DNA of 63,911 nucleotides. It comes from a virus (taxonomy: Duplodnaviria > Caudoviricetes). Made by a program: the position numbers and the translations under genes. The notes beneath the pieces were generated by a model, which did no database searches, had not been told where the DNA came from, and worked only from the letters and a program-made list of their open reading frames with translations. This document shows, in pieces, positions 46,715-57,289 of the stretch (within the stretch, counting starts at the first letter, position 1; each line of letters begins with the position of its first letter). The stretch is from the IMG/VR virus record IMGVR_UViG_3300021437_000017, positions 1-63,911 of that record; one strand, written 5' to 3'.

Positions 46715-47733
46715 GCTGCCGCCTTGCGCTTCGTTAAAACGGTGTCGATCCACGTATGACAGCGCGGCAGATCGGCTTCAAGGATTAGCGATAAGCGTTC
46801 TACCTTCGCGGCTTTCTTGAGCGCGTCGATGTTTATTCCGTTGTCGGTGCAACGGGCTTCGAGTGCGAGCGCTTCTTCTGGCGCGATGTAGGGGGCCGCA
46901 GACGATCCCGGTTGGCTAGCACTACCTTTCGGCCCTAAGTCAGATACGTTCTCTGAAGTGGCCGGGATCGTCGCGGCTTTCGGTGATCCGCCAGCAGCCC
47001 ATGCAGCGAGGCGCTTCCCGGATTCCTCGGTGATTGGCTTGTCCAACGGGAAAAGTGATCTGTGTTGCTCTTGCAGTTTGATCGGATGCGGAATACCAGG
47101 ATGCGATGCCATGAGCAGGAAACTTGCGGTTAACTCGTAAGGCATGTTCTTCTCGCATACCGGCATCCATCCATCAAGCCCGATTGCGGACTTCTTCGGA
47201 ACGATCTCCATTTTACCTTGCGCGTTCTTGACCATCTCGATCTTTTCTTCTGCCCGGAAGCACAGAATCAAGTGTGCGCGCACTTGTAGCAATTTCTGGA
47301 TCATCGCCTTATGTGCCATCTTGGGCTTGATCCAGCTTGCCATCTTCACGCGCTCGCGCTTGCCGTAATCGTCGCCAGCCATGCGGGTAAGTTCGTCGTC
47401 AGCCCAATCGAGGATTCCGCCGTCTCCGGCCCATTCGTGAGAACAGGAATCCACCACGATCACCGGATATCCGGCCTTGTCAGCAGCCATGATCGCCTCA
47501 GCGTAAGCATCAGGTCGGAAAGGCGGCTTGAGGTCGCCATGGTCAAAGTTGAACTGGTCGGCGTAGTGCTTCGCGCGTCCTGCCTCGGTGTCGATAACCG
47601 CAAATGGCTTATCACCGCAGATTCCGCTGGCGAGCCGCATCGCCGTATAGGTCTTGCCGCTGCCGCTGGCTCCTATCAGCCCAATAATCAGCCCGACGTT
47701 CTCTCTGGTCGCCTTGCGGAAAGTGAAGCTCAT
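46711..47733 (-). CDS. AAA-family ATPase (Sak4/AAA_24-like recombination protein)
   Basis: GASGSGKT, VIDTE, VVDSCSHEWAGDGG. Confidence 0.8.
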   Translation of the reverse strand: MSFTFRKATRENVGLIIGLIGASGSGKTYTAMRLASGICGDKPFAVIDTEAGRAKHYADQFNFDHGDLKPPFRPDAYAEAIMAADKAGYPVIVVDSCSHEWAGDGGILDWADDELTRMAGDDYGKRERVKMASWIKPKMAHKAMIQKLLQVRAHLILCFRAEEKIEMVKNAQGKMEIVPKKSAIGLDGWMPVCEKNMPYELTASFLLMASHPGIPHPIKLQEQHRSLFPLDKPITEESGKRLAAWAAGGSPKAATIPATSENVSDLGPKGSASQPGSSAAPYIAPEEALALEARCTDNGINIDALKKAAKVERLSLILEADLPRCHTWIDTVLTKRKAAA

Positions 47734-48623
47734 AGCGGCACGCCTCCTTTTAATTCTTCCTCGCTGAACTTGCTATTCGCTTCCTGTTCCGCGAATCGCT
47801 GTTCTTCCCACGGCATCGGCTCGGCGTGGCAGATTCGATCCGGGTAGGCTGGCCAATAGCCGTTTGCAAGGCACTCTTTCCATATCCCGACCGCGCGCCA
47901 CATCTTGCGAGTTGCCAGATCGTCCCATGCTGGCGAGAGACAGATCAACGAACAGGCGTAAGGATAGCTCTGTTCCTGCACCAGATGCACGCAGCGGGGC
48001 GGCATGTCATCAGGTGACAGGGTAGCTACCCCTTTTTCGTAGAACACTGTGGCGGCGTCATAGGACGGCAATTGAGTGCGAATCCAGGACTCCGGGTTAG
48101 CGGTTCCGGCGGTCGTTTTATAACTCAGAATCAGCCCGTAATCGGCGGTCAGCCAGTCAGGACGAATCTTGCAACGCACTCCGTCAAGATCAAAAATCAC
48201 CGTCTCCTCTGGTAGGCCAGTATCGAATACGTTAGAGATTTCGCTGTTGGCGATGTATTCCTTGGCGGTTTTGACCATCGCTTCGACTTCTGGCAATTTG
48301 TGCGCGAGGATTGGCAGCTTGCCAGCCGCCCGCGCTTCGTCGCGCTGTTCCTTCGCGGCTTTGGCGCGCCAGTCGTCGGCTTCGATCATGACTAGTCCGA
48401 CGTGGCCGCCTTCGAGCAGGAGCGCATGGGCATAAGTCCCGAGGTCCATCTTGCTCGAATCCTCGCGCTCGCGGTTTGGGTTAAGCCAACTGTCAGTCCA
48501 CGCGTGCAGCGGACTGGCCGACAGGATCGTATGGCACATGCCAGAAGAAAAGGCGGAAATGGCCAGATATTGAGCCATGCTCATGTCGGCGTAGAGTCCT
48601 GGCACAACTTCGTTCGCGCTCAT
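47730..48623 (-). CDS. RecE/DUF3799-like PD-(D/E)xK exonuclease
   Basis: MDLGTYAHALLLE, PEETV...CKIRPDWL...SYKT, YWPAY. Confidence 0.8.
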   Translation of the reverse strand: MSANEVVPGLYADMSMAQYLAISAFSSGMCHTILSASPLHAWTDSWLNPNREREDSSKMDLGTYAHALLLEGGHVGLVMIEADDWRAKAAKEQRDEARAAGKLPILAHKLPEVEAMVKTAKEYIANSEISNVFDTGLPEETVIFDLDGVRCKIRPDWLTADYGLILSYKTTAGTANPESWIRTQLPSYDAATVFYEKGVATLSPDDMPPRCVHLVQEQSYPYACSLICLSPAWDDLATRKMWRAVGIWKECLANGYWPAYPDRICHAEPMPWEEQRFAEQEANSKFSEEELKGGVPL

Positions 48624-50062
48624 ACTCTGCTCCGCTCGCCGCGCTCCATGTTGCACATGCTGACGTAATCGCTGAAATCTGGGCCGTTATGCCGGAGGGC
48701 CACGCAGGTTTCAACTGAAACATTCCAGCACTCGCGCCCGTTTAGCCAGTCATCCCCGCGCTTCCTGACCGCTTCGGCAGGATGGTATTGCACGACAGCG
48801 GCAGGATGCTTCTTGACGATCTTTTTGTAATCGTGTGCGCTCATGCCGCCCCCTCCTTGGCCTTGCGCTTCGTGTAGACACGAGGTTTCTGGTTAATCGC
48901 CGCGATGATCTTCGGCAGGTCAAGTAGCTCGATAGTCTGCTCATAACATTTCACGACCAACCCTTGATCTCCAGCATCTTTTGAATCGAAAATTTCTTCA
49001 ACTGTAACTCTGAATGCCATTTCATCTCCTTGTAAAAAGTCGGCGCGGGTTCGGGAACCCTCCCTCTCGGCCACGTGAGCCGGCAGTCCCGCGCCAGGTC
49101 ATTTCGGTGGTTTTGGCAATGGCATCCAATGCGTAGGACTGATAATGTGATATCGTCCTTGCCATCTGCCTTTTCCGGTTTGCGTGTAACCGTAATAGGC
49201 AATCTGCACAAAATCAGAAAATACTAGATAGTGCGGCCCATTCTCATACCATTTTTTTGGATCAAAGATCGGAATAGGACAAGTCTCAATTGATTGCCAT
49301 TCACTCATCGCGCTCAATCCTCACTCTCATCTCGCCCTCGCGGTCACGATAAATATGTTCTTCCTCATCCGCCTGCCGCTTTGCCGCGCGGTAGCACTGC
49401 GAGCAAAGGTCGAGATACTGCGCTGGCCCGACTCCGCATTCACGGCATAGGGGTGCCGCAGCGTTCGTAGGCTGGCCAGCCGTTCCGGTAGTCTCCGCAA
49501 TGGGATTCCCCGGTGACGGGTTCTGTTCCTGCGACGCTGCGGCATTCGACGCAGCTGCGAGCATGGCTTTGAACACCCTGCCGCATACATATTGATAGCT
49601 TCTACCGTGTGATAGCATTTGCAACGCTTCACGCAGTTCGTCGGCGCCACGATTTAGCATCTCGCCATCCGGCACGACCGCAACCGGCTCGGCGTGTTGT
49701 TTACCTATCGGTCGCCAATACTCGCAATCAATCTTTCCTTTTCCCTCGGCCAAAAGTTTGTGCGCATAGACACAAATCTCTGGCATGTTGTCGTCTATCA
49801 CGCAACCGTCAGGCTCGAATCCGTCAGGCATGTTCTCAATGTCGCAATGACAGCCATACTTTACCGCAACCGTCTCGGTGGGGAGGGTGGCGAGCGCATC
49901 GCGTGCAATCTTACGCATATAGTCGCGCTCGCCATTGCTGCCATACTCGACACCATAGGTTGACGGCAGTCCCTCGCGAGATTTGACTGGTGGAAATTCT
50001 CCAAACCATCGCTCAATTCTTTGAAGCGCCTCGACCAGCCGCGCGTTGATGTCGTTGCTCAT
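48620..50062 (-). other. Small hypothetical early genes (48620-48844, 48841-49020, DUF551-like 49099-49308, 49301-50062)
   Basis: Coupled ORFs; WQSIETCP...PTHWMPLPKPP in the DUF551-like gene. Confidence 0.55.
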
Positions 50063-50314
50063 TCAACCGACTCCCTATCTTTTTGCCAGTTAATACCGCG
50101 CGACCACCTGATGTGATGGTAGATCGCCATGATCAGCAGCCCGGCGCTGAATGCTGAGAACATCAGCGCGGCATAAGTCATGTCGGGCCATGCGATGAGC
50201 GTTAATGCAAGCTGGCTACAGGTCACGATGTTCCTTTCTGCGGCACTTTCGACTGGCCGCTGGTTGCGAGGTGATATGCCTAGACTACTGCCAATCGGCA
50301 ATATGTGTCAAGAA

Positions 50315-50473
50315 CTATTTTTGCAAGGGGATAATGCGGGGCGGGGAAGGGATTGCCCACTGTTTGCCGATTTTGATTGCGCCATGGATGCGGTCTTTGG
50401 CGCAAAGCAACTTGATACGGGCGCGGGATAGATTGAGCCGATGCGCGGCTTCGGTAGCGGAAAGATATTTCAT
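50315..50473 (-). CDS. Excisionase-like/HTH_17 DNA-binding protein, 52 aa (not in ORF track)
   Basis: MKYLSATEAAHRLNLSRARIKLLCAKDRIHGAIKIGKQWAIP... Confidence 0.8.
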   Translation of the reverse strand: MKYLSATEAAHRLNLSRARIKLLCAKDRIHGAIKIGKQWAIPSPPRIIPLQK

Positions 50474-50475
50474 AG

Positions 50476-50510
50476 TTGACATGATAAGCCGATTGGCAAT
50501 AGACTGTCAA
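50476..50510. promoter_or_regulatory. Overlapping divergent promoters with central GCCGATTGGC operator
   Basis: + strand TTGACA-18-TAGACT; - strand TTGACA-18-TATCAT; same operator in a third promoter at about 50282-50311. Confidence 0.7.
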
Positions 50511-50638
50511 TTGGTGGTGCGGCATGGAAGGACATGCACGGTAGCGAGGCATGAGTGAAGTCGAATACATCTCATGCACTGTTCGACATCAGGTATCAAG
50601 CCCTGACGCCACCCCACGAAATTTTAGACGGAGGTAAC

Positions 50639-50980
50639 ATGGCACAATTGGAAAGCGTCACCTTTACCGGAGCCGATGCAGGCAAAGTTACGCCGGACAA
50701 AGTAACCTATGAGAACGTAACGCCTGGTCTAATCACCGCATTGCATCTTGGCATCAAGATCAGCGAAATCAAGAGCGCCTGTCCCGAACTCGAAGCGGCA
50801 TGTAATCGCAAGATCGACGCGGCGGAAAACTTCGCCAACCTGTGCAAGTTGGTCGCGCTGAAATCCGGGATTGATGCGAGCGTGCTATCGACCTATATCA
50901 CGGCAGTCTGCAACGAAACGCTGGCGAAGAAAGAAAAACAGGCCGAACAGTTGTCACTGCTATTCGAGGAAATGGCATAA
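50639..50980 (+). CDS. Putative DNA-binding protein (GapR/DsbA-like, tentative)
   Basis: GGAGG RBS; KSGIDASVLSTYI...EQLSLLFEEM. Confidence 0.45.
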   Translation: MAQLESVTFTGADAGKVTPDKVTYENVTPGLITALHLGIKISEIKSACPELEAACNRKIDAAENFANLCKLVALKSGIDASVLSTYITAVCNETLAKKEKQAEQLSLLFEEMA

Positions 50981-51004
50981 CGCCAAGTCGCCACGGAGCG
51001 GGAA

Positions 51005-52056
51005 ATGAGAGAACCACGATCCGCATTGACTGACCCCCAAATTGGCGACCGCGTGCGCGCTAGGGGACGGACCAGGATTGTCATGAGACGGGATGGCAAT
51101 GATATTTGGTATCGAGTTGAGGAACAAGGCAACGCACATTCCAAAAATTGCTGGATCACGACTTGGCAGGATTGGTGCAGAAAGAACGATGCGGTGGCGC
51201 TATGAAATCGCGCGCCTTCCTCAAAATTCCCTCGCAGATAGTTATCGGAAAATATCGTCTCATCGAATTGGACGATCCGAATAAAATCTGGATTGGCAGC
51301 ATGAAGAAAGGCCGAGAAGGCGAGGGCGGCGCGTTTAACATGCACGATTTAGCCAAAGTCATTGAAGCATTCTATCGAGAAAATTTTTGATGAACGATCT
51401 CGGCCCCGGCCTGCTCTCATTGATTAAACTGACCCAAGGACACCCGCGAGCGATTGCGGCGCTGCGTGAGTTGCGGAAATTCCAGAACGGTATCGACAAT
51501 ATTCTGGCCGCTCTGAAAGCCGCGCCGTCGCTACCTATCGAAACCTGCTCAATCGAAGATCAGGCGAAGTGGACGGACATCCTCACGAGTATCCTGATGG
51601 CGCTCGGGACGTATGAGGCGACAGGCAAGCCGCGCACGATGGCCGAAGAATTGGGATTGGTGAAAGAACCGTGAAGAAAAAGCCGGTTAATCCTCGCAAC
51701 TATCATCGCCAATTTTGGTTGATTACGGACGGTAACGAAGTGAGAATTCTGCACCAGACAGAAGACGCCGCACGGGTAACCGCTAAAGAATACGGCTGGG
51801 ATATTCTCAAATGCGAGCAAGAGGAATTGCGGCGGCTCGTGAAAATGGGGGCAACCGTGCTATGAAATCGAGGGGAAAACCGGTTAAGCGCGGCACGCTC
51901 GCATGGGCGGTGTTAAACAAGTCTGACGATTGCATACTTCGTGGCTTGCCGACAACGCAGAAATCAATTTTCTCCGATCGGTCAGAGGCTAAGAGAGATT
52001 GCCCGTCCTATGGACGCGTCGCTCGCGTCCGCATAACCGAGGTCACGCCAAAATGA
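51005..52056 (+). other. Five small coupled hypothetical genes
   Basis: ATGA/GTGA overlaps (51005-51205, 51202-51390, 51387-51674, 51671-51865, 51862-52056). Confidence 0.5.
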
Positions 52057-52733
52057 CCGGCATGGGAAATTTCAGAGGGCTATCCCTGCGCGACTTCGAG
52101 GTGCGCCAGGCAGAGATTAAAGCCAAGGTGCACAAAGTGCAGGTGATGCCTCCAGATTATGAGGATGAGCATAAAGGCGGCAGGCCGAAGTCGCCAGTTC
52201 CCGCCGAGGTGCGAAAGCGGATTCAATACGACAAGGCAATCGCCAAGCGGGCGGCGGCGAAAATTGGCAGGCCGGTTACGGTTGGCCAGGTCACGCCGAG
52301 CGTTAAACAGGTCGGAAATGGCCTGAATTTGACCCTTCCGTGGCCACCAAGCATCAACCATTATTGGCTGCTCAATAAGAACGGCTCACGGCGGATCAGC
52401 GCGGCCGGAGAGACCTTCCGCACCGTAGTCAAGGCTCTGCCGCTGCTTCAAACGATACGCGGCGAATGCTCGATCCGAATCGTGGCCAATGCGCCAGACA
52501 AACGGCGGCGCGATCTGGATAACCTGCTCAAGTCGTTGCTTGACGCGCTGCAACATGCAAATATCATCGTTGACGATTGTAACGTGGTCGATTTGCACAT
52601 CCTGCGAGGCGTCTATCGCATGGGCGGAAGCGTGGAGATCGAAGTCAGACCGGCAAATTCCGTTGTGCATGCCCCGATTTCAAGCCAAGATCGCCAAGGC
52701 GACGCGCGTCTGACGGACAGGATATACGGGTAG
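52053..52733 (+). CDS. rusA: RusA-family Holliday junction resolvase with N-terminal extension
   Basis: LPWPPSINHYW; PDKRRRDLDNLLKSLLDAL...DD. Confidence 0.85.
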   Translation: MTGMGNFRGLSLRDFEVRQAEIKAKVHKVQVMPPDYEDEHKGGRPKSPVPAEVRKRIQYDKAIAKRAAAKIGRPVTVGQVTPSVKQVGNGLNLTLPWPPSINHYWLLNKNGSRRISAAGETFRTVVKALPLLQTIRGECSIRIVANAPDKRRRDLDNLLKSLLDALQHANIIVDDCNVVDLHILRGVYRMGGSVEIEVRPANSVVHAPISSQDRQGDARLTDRIYG

Positions 52734-52775
52734 CCCAAGGGCGATTTTGAGCGTTCTAGCTCGAGTAGGCCAGTT

Positions 52776-52985
52776 TCAGGAATGTAGCCGGTTGAACAGC
52801 CGACGTAGCGCGTAGCTCCTGACCAGCGAAACCGCCGTAAACGCGCAGGTTATCGCCACGTTTTGATCCAGTCTGACCGCAATACCAAGCGCGGGGAATA
52901 CCACTAGTTGAGCGGCAAATGCGACGCCCATGCCGATAGCGATATTGGCGAAGGATTCAATCAGCGATTGCGTCTTGGTCTGCAT
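52776..52985 (-). CDS. Small membrane protein often found next to phage methyltransferases
   Basis: QTKTQSLIESFANIAIG...FTAVSLVRSYALRRLFN. Confidence 0.65.
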   Translation of the reverse strand: MQTKTQSLIESFANIAIGMGVAFAAQLVVFPALGIAVRLDQNVAITCAFTAVSLVRSYALRRLFNRLHS

Positions 52986-53952
52986 CTTCGCCAAAATCCA
53001 GCAGATCATTTTCTTCGTCGCGCTTGCCTTCTGCCGCCAGTTGCACATTCTTGACGGCCTGCCGATAGTAGCTTGGCTTTAGTTCGATCCCTATCCCGCG
53101 TCGGCCAGCACAGACAGCCCCGTAGACTTCGCTACCTACGCCCATGAACGGCGTCAGGACCGTTTCGCCGGGATTCGACCAGAGCGCAAGTCCTCGGTCA
53201 ATCACATCGAGTTGCAACGGGTGGACATGTTTGTCATCCTCAAATTCCTTTGCTTCACGGTGTGGAAGCACGCGATCAATGCGAATGTCATCCCAAAACG
53301 CGGAAGCGTATTGCCTCCAAATCCAATGCGAAAATTTGTTTTCGAGCTGTGATCCTTTCCAATTCCTGTAGTCGCGTGCATCGGCAGGCATCGGGCGCGA
53401 CCCTGCGTATTCCGTCAATCCTTCGGGATGAGTAACCGGAATTGTATTTGCCCCGCTACGGCGGAATATGACAAGCTGGTCGGCGTTTGCAATGCTGTGC
53501 CGCGTAGAATCAAGCGTGATGCTCTTGTGCGACAAGCTTTTCGTCATCGTGCGGTTGCGCACCAGGAGCGGCTCTTTCCATACGTGGTAACGCGCGATGA
53601 AATGGAATCCGCATTTTTCGTGCAGCCGGATAATCTCGCCTGGCAAGTCGGTCAGATGGTCAAGCCCAGAGTTTCCGGTAGGAATATCGGTGCAATGCAC
53701 GGCACTGATGCGGCCCGGTTTCGTCAAGCGGTGTATCTCGCGCACGATGAATTCGTAGTGCGTAAAAAATTCATCGCGGTCTATGCAGTTCGATAGATCG
53801 CGCTCGCTGCTGGAATACTGATATAGGCCAGCAAACGGAGGCGAGTAAATCGACATGTCAACGCATCCTTCCGGAAATGTCGGTAAGACCTCCATGCAAT
53901 CGCCGAGATACAAGGCGTAGCGGTCATTGATTAATTGCTCTGCGATAGCCAT
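52957..53952 (-). CDS. DNA amino-methyltransferase (N4/N6)
   Basis: IYSPPF; HVHPLQLDVI; VLTPFMGVGSE...GIELK. Confidence 0.88.
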   Translation of the reverse strand: MAIAEQLINDRYALYLGDCMEVLPTFPEGCVDMSIYSPPFAGLYQYSSSERDLSNCIDRDEFFTHYEFIVREIHRLTKPGRISAVHCTDIPTGNSGLDHLTDLPGEIIRLHEKCGFHFIARYHVWKEPLLVRNRTMTKSLSHKSITLDSTRHSIANADQLVIFRRSGANTIPVTHPEGLTEYAGSRPMPADARDYRNWKGSQLENKFSHWIWRQYASAFWDDIRIDRVLPHREAKEFEDDKHVHPLQLDVIDRGLALWSNPGETVLTPFMGVGSEVYGAVCAGRRGIGIELKPSYYRQAVKNVQLAAEGKRDEENDLLDFGEDADQDAIAD

Positions 53953-55361
53953 TGCGGAATCTCCGGTTGTTTGCTGTAGGTGGCCCGCGCGATATGCACG
54001 GCATCGTTCATGTTGGCGACCAAATGCTCAAACATCTGGTCAGCCGCTTGGCTTTTTCGGATCATGCTTTCACGGACATGGACTTCGCCCTCGGTCGAAA
54101 TGATATCCACCGTCACGGGTTGCTTTTGCCCAAAGCGCCAGCAACGCCGGATTGACTGATAGTATTGCTCATAGCTGTGCGAGGCAAAGGTGACGACGTG
54201 TGCGCAATGCTGCCAGTTCATGCCCCAAGCGCCGATCTTCGGCTTGATTATGAGAACGCGAATCTTGCCGGCACTGAAAGCGGTATATGCTTCCTCTTTT
54301 TCCTCATCAGTGTTTGATCCCGCAACCTGCACAGAATCCTTGATTGTCTTTTCGAGCATATCACCCTCAACATTCAGGTGACACCACACAATAGCGGGCT
54401 TCCCGTGGTTCACTAGATTGGCCACAAGCTCCGCGCGCTCGTCCAGCGTGCGCCTGCGTTCGTCGCGTTCCTCTTTCAATCCAAATGCCGGCACGGTGAA
54501 CAGCATCCCATCTGCCGGCCGCTTTGGCGTGATGATGTGATCTCGCGTATTGAGCGGCGGCAGGATAAACGCGCCGTCATCAAAGCCAAGGTCCGAGGGT
54601 TTGCGACACGCCATTGCCCAAGAGCACACCCATTGCCAGAACGGCAACTCTGCATGACCTTTCAGACGCCATTGCCCGATCTGTTGCGAAACCCGGTAGG
54701 CGAGTTTTTGAAAGTGGTTGCCAGTGTGCGCGCCTCGCGCCAGTTTAACTTCGTTCATGCGGCTTTTCTTTTTGTCATCCTGCATGAAAAAACGCGCGAG
54801 CATATCGCTGTAGCCCAATGCCCCCAACGCTTCGCTAGACGTTCCAAGTTCATAGTAATCGTTCGGCGCGGCCGTCGCAGTGCAAAGCAGGCGATACGGC
54901 ACTTTTGCCATGAATCGCGTTACGCCCTTTTGAGTTACGCCGGTAAAGTGCTTGAGGATAGAGCTTTCATCGCATACCACGCCTCCGAAGTCATCAGGAT
55001 TGAAATAATGCAAACGTTCGTAATTCGTGATGTTGATGCCGGCATGCACTTCGCCTTCGCGTGAGCGGTGCGCTTCGATGTCGAACTTCGCAGCCTCTCC
55101 AAGGCTCTGAGGCGACACGGCAAGCGGCGTTAAGATCAATACCGGCTTATTGGTTTTCCTCACCACGTTTTCAGCCCAAACAAGCTGCATCGGAGTTTTA
55201 CCGAGCCCGCAATCAGCGAATACAGCGCCCTTACCTTTCCGCAGCGACCATTCGACAAGCGCCCGTTGAAAATCGAAAAGGAAGTCCGGCATCCATAGCG
55301 GCTCGAATCCGTCCATTGCGCCGGACTGAGACTTCCGCTCTATAAACTCGGCGTAGTTCAT
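53931..55361 (-). CDS. SNF2-like SF2 helicase
   Basis: DCGLGKT, CDESS, TATAAPND, GMNWQH, QSIRRCWRFGQ. Confidence 0.88.
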   Translation of the reverse strand: MNYAEFIERKSQSGAMDGFEPLWMPDFLFDFQRALVEWSLRKGKGAVFADCGLGKTPMQLVWAENVVRKTNKPVLILTPLAVSPQSLGEAAKFDIEAHRSREGEVHAGINITNYERLHYFNPDDFGGVVCDESSILKHFTGVTQKGVTRFMAKVPYRLLCTATAAPNDYYELGTSSEALGALGYSDMLARFFMQDDKKKSRMNEVKLARGAHTGNHFQKLAYRVSQQIGQWRLKGHAELPFWQWVCSWAMACRKPSDLGFDDGAFILPPLNTRDHIITPKRPADGMLFTVPAFGLKEERDERRRTLDERAELVANLVNHGKPAIVWCHLNVEGDMLEKTIKDSVQVAGSNTDEEKEEAYTAFSAGKIRVLIIKPKIGAWGMNWQHCAHVVTFASHSYEQYYQSIRRCWRFGQKQPVTVDIISTEGEVHVRESMIRKSQAADQMFEHLVANMNDAVHIARATYSKQPEIPQWLSQSN

Positions 55362-56213
55362 GCCGCCGCCGCGATCCCGAGAAGCACCAGCGCGACGATT
55401 GCCAGCCCGTTGCACAGCTCGCGCCATGGGAACGGCTCGCGGTAACAGCGTTTGTCGTGGTAGTCGCGGATCATACTATCCTCCTCAGTTCCCGCGCGTG
55501 ATGCTTGGACCATGTGCCATCTGGCCATTTCACCGCGACTTGATTACCAGGACGCTGCGATTGCACGATGCCCTTGGGGTAATGCTGGCCAAGGTGCGCG
55601 ACGATTGCGCCGATGTCGTGCTTGATGATGGTGCGCTTGGAAGTGGTCAAGATTGCGCCTTGGCGTCTTTGGCTATAGAAAATGACCACTGGCCTATCGG
55701 ATCAAGTCCGCGCGTTCTGATTGCTCGCTCAATCGCTGGAAAGGTAACTACCGGATGATACACGCCCCAATCAGGTCGCACTTCCATGCACTCTCCTTCT
55801 GGTAATGCGATGACTGCACGATTGCCATTGATGTAAATGTTGATATCCATGATTTCCCTTTCGTGGTTAATGCCGCCGCGTCAGCCGCTCACACCGGCTG
55901 AGGCTGCGGGATTAGTCTTGCGAGATTCCGCACAGATGTTCAATATCACCACCGCGCGGAATTCTGCGGTTGATTTCGATGATCGATAACTCGGCATCAA
56001 GATCGAGGCCGGATATATTCGTCATGGCGGCGACCACCTGCGCTAAATCTGCACGATGCTTCCCATACCACGCAACATGCTCCGCCTGAATTTTCAGCGC
56101 TTCGCGCGGCGTCATTTTGATGTTCATGGTTGCTTTCCTTTCTTTCCGGGTTTAATCTATCTGCTCGGGGTAATCGGGGGCACCCACGCCTAGCGCGAAA
56201 GTCCCCCATTCCC

Positions 56214-57092
56214 TCATGCAGCTTGCGCTTCATCAGCAACCGCCTCCGCTTTCCAGCCAGTCACAAAATCAGCAGCTTTCTGCGCGTGACTCGCAGCGGT
56301 CAAGACTGCGCGCTTGTCATTTTTCAGGACTTGCAGCCAGCTTGCAATATATTCCGCATGTTGCAACTTGCCCGCAATGCCGCAATGCCCGCACAGATAA
56401 GCAGCGCCCATTTCGGCAACCAGTTCCTCCCTTGCGTATTGCTCATCGCCGTAGCGCTTGCCGTATTCGCGTGCTAACCTGGATTGATGACCAGTCCAAT
56501 GAGTTAGTTCATGCAAGCCGGTAGCGTAATAACTTCCAGCATCGGTGAAACTTTCTGGCGTTGGCAGTTGAATGAAATCATGCGATGGCGTAAAGAATGC
56601 GCGGTCACCACCATGCTTGACCACGGCTTTTGAAAGCAGCGCCTCCGCTTGTGTTTGACGCTCAATCTGCGTGCGCTCGTCAAGTTTCGGCAGATACTTT
56701 TCTGGCAAACCTTCTACTTGCGCCACATTGAAAACGGTGAAGCTGCGCAGAATGGGAATGGTTTTCTCAACGGCGTCTTTGTCGCCGGCCGCAATCGCTT
56801 TCACGTCGCGGATTTTCCACGGCTTGAAAAATACGATCATTGATCCATGCTCGCCAGCTTTGACATGCGCGCCAACTTCTTGCGCTTGCTTGTAGGTAAG
56901 CCAGCCGGTGAACGTATACTCATTGCAATAGAGCAGCGGGATATTGATCCCGCGATAACTCTTGCCTGATATCACGTTGTAAGGCATTCCGCCATTAGGA
57001 GCAGCGCAATTCCATGGCTTGATCCACGGCGTTACACCTGCCTCAAGTTTCGCAATGATCTTGTCAGTTACTTCTTGATACAGATCGCGCAT
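56214..57092 (-). CDS. ardC: ArdC antirestriction protein (ssDNA-binding plus zincin domain)
   Basis: LYQEVTDKII..LEAGVTPWIKPW, YRGIN, WLTYKQA, HELTHWTGH..RL.R, YAREELVAE. Confidence 0.9.
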   Translation of the reverse strand: MRDLYQEVTDKIIAKLEAGVTPWIKPWNCAAPNGGMPYNVISGKSYRGINIPLLYCNEYTFTGWLTYKQAQEVGAHVKAGEHGSMIVFFKPWKIRDVKAIAAGDKDAVEKTIPILRSFTVFNVAQVEGLPEKYLPKLDERTQIERQTQAEALLSKAVVKHGGDRAFFTPSHDFIQLPTPESFTDAGSYYATGLHELTHWTGHQSRLAREYGKRYGDEQYAREELVAEMGAAYLCGHCGIAGKLQHAEYIASWLQVLKNDKRAVLTAASHAQKAADFVTGWKAEAVADEAQAA

Positions 57093-57289
57093 GATACCCT
57101 CCTATTTGTTGCCGGACCCGCCGGCGCGGTAACTAATTGGCCGCGTGCACCAAAGCGCGCAGCAGACATGGCCTGAGATGCTTGGCGTCAATCTCGCGTA
57201 GCGTAGCCCGCGCACAATCGCGGGCGCAGAGCTGGAGATTGGCCCGGCGGCATTCAGCTATCACGCGCAGGTTTGCGATTGCGTTTTTA

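Noticed and set aside
49041-49097. GC-rich multi-stem structure (GGCGCGGG...CCCGCGCC) as tRNA or ncRNA
   Set aside because: No cloverleaf or recognisable family; may be just a terminator or attenuator
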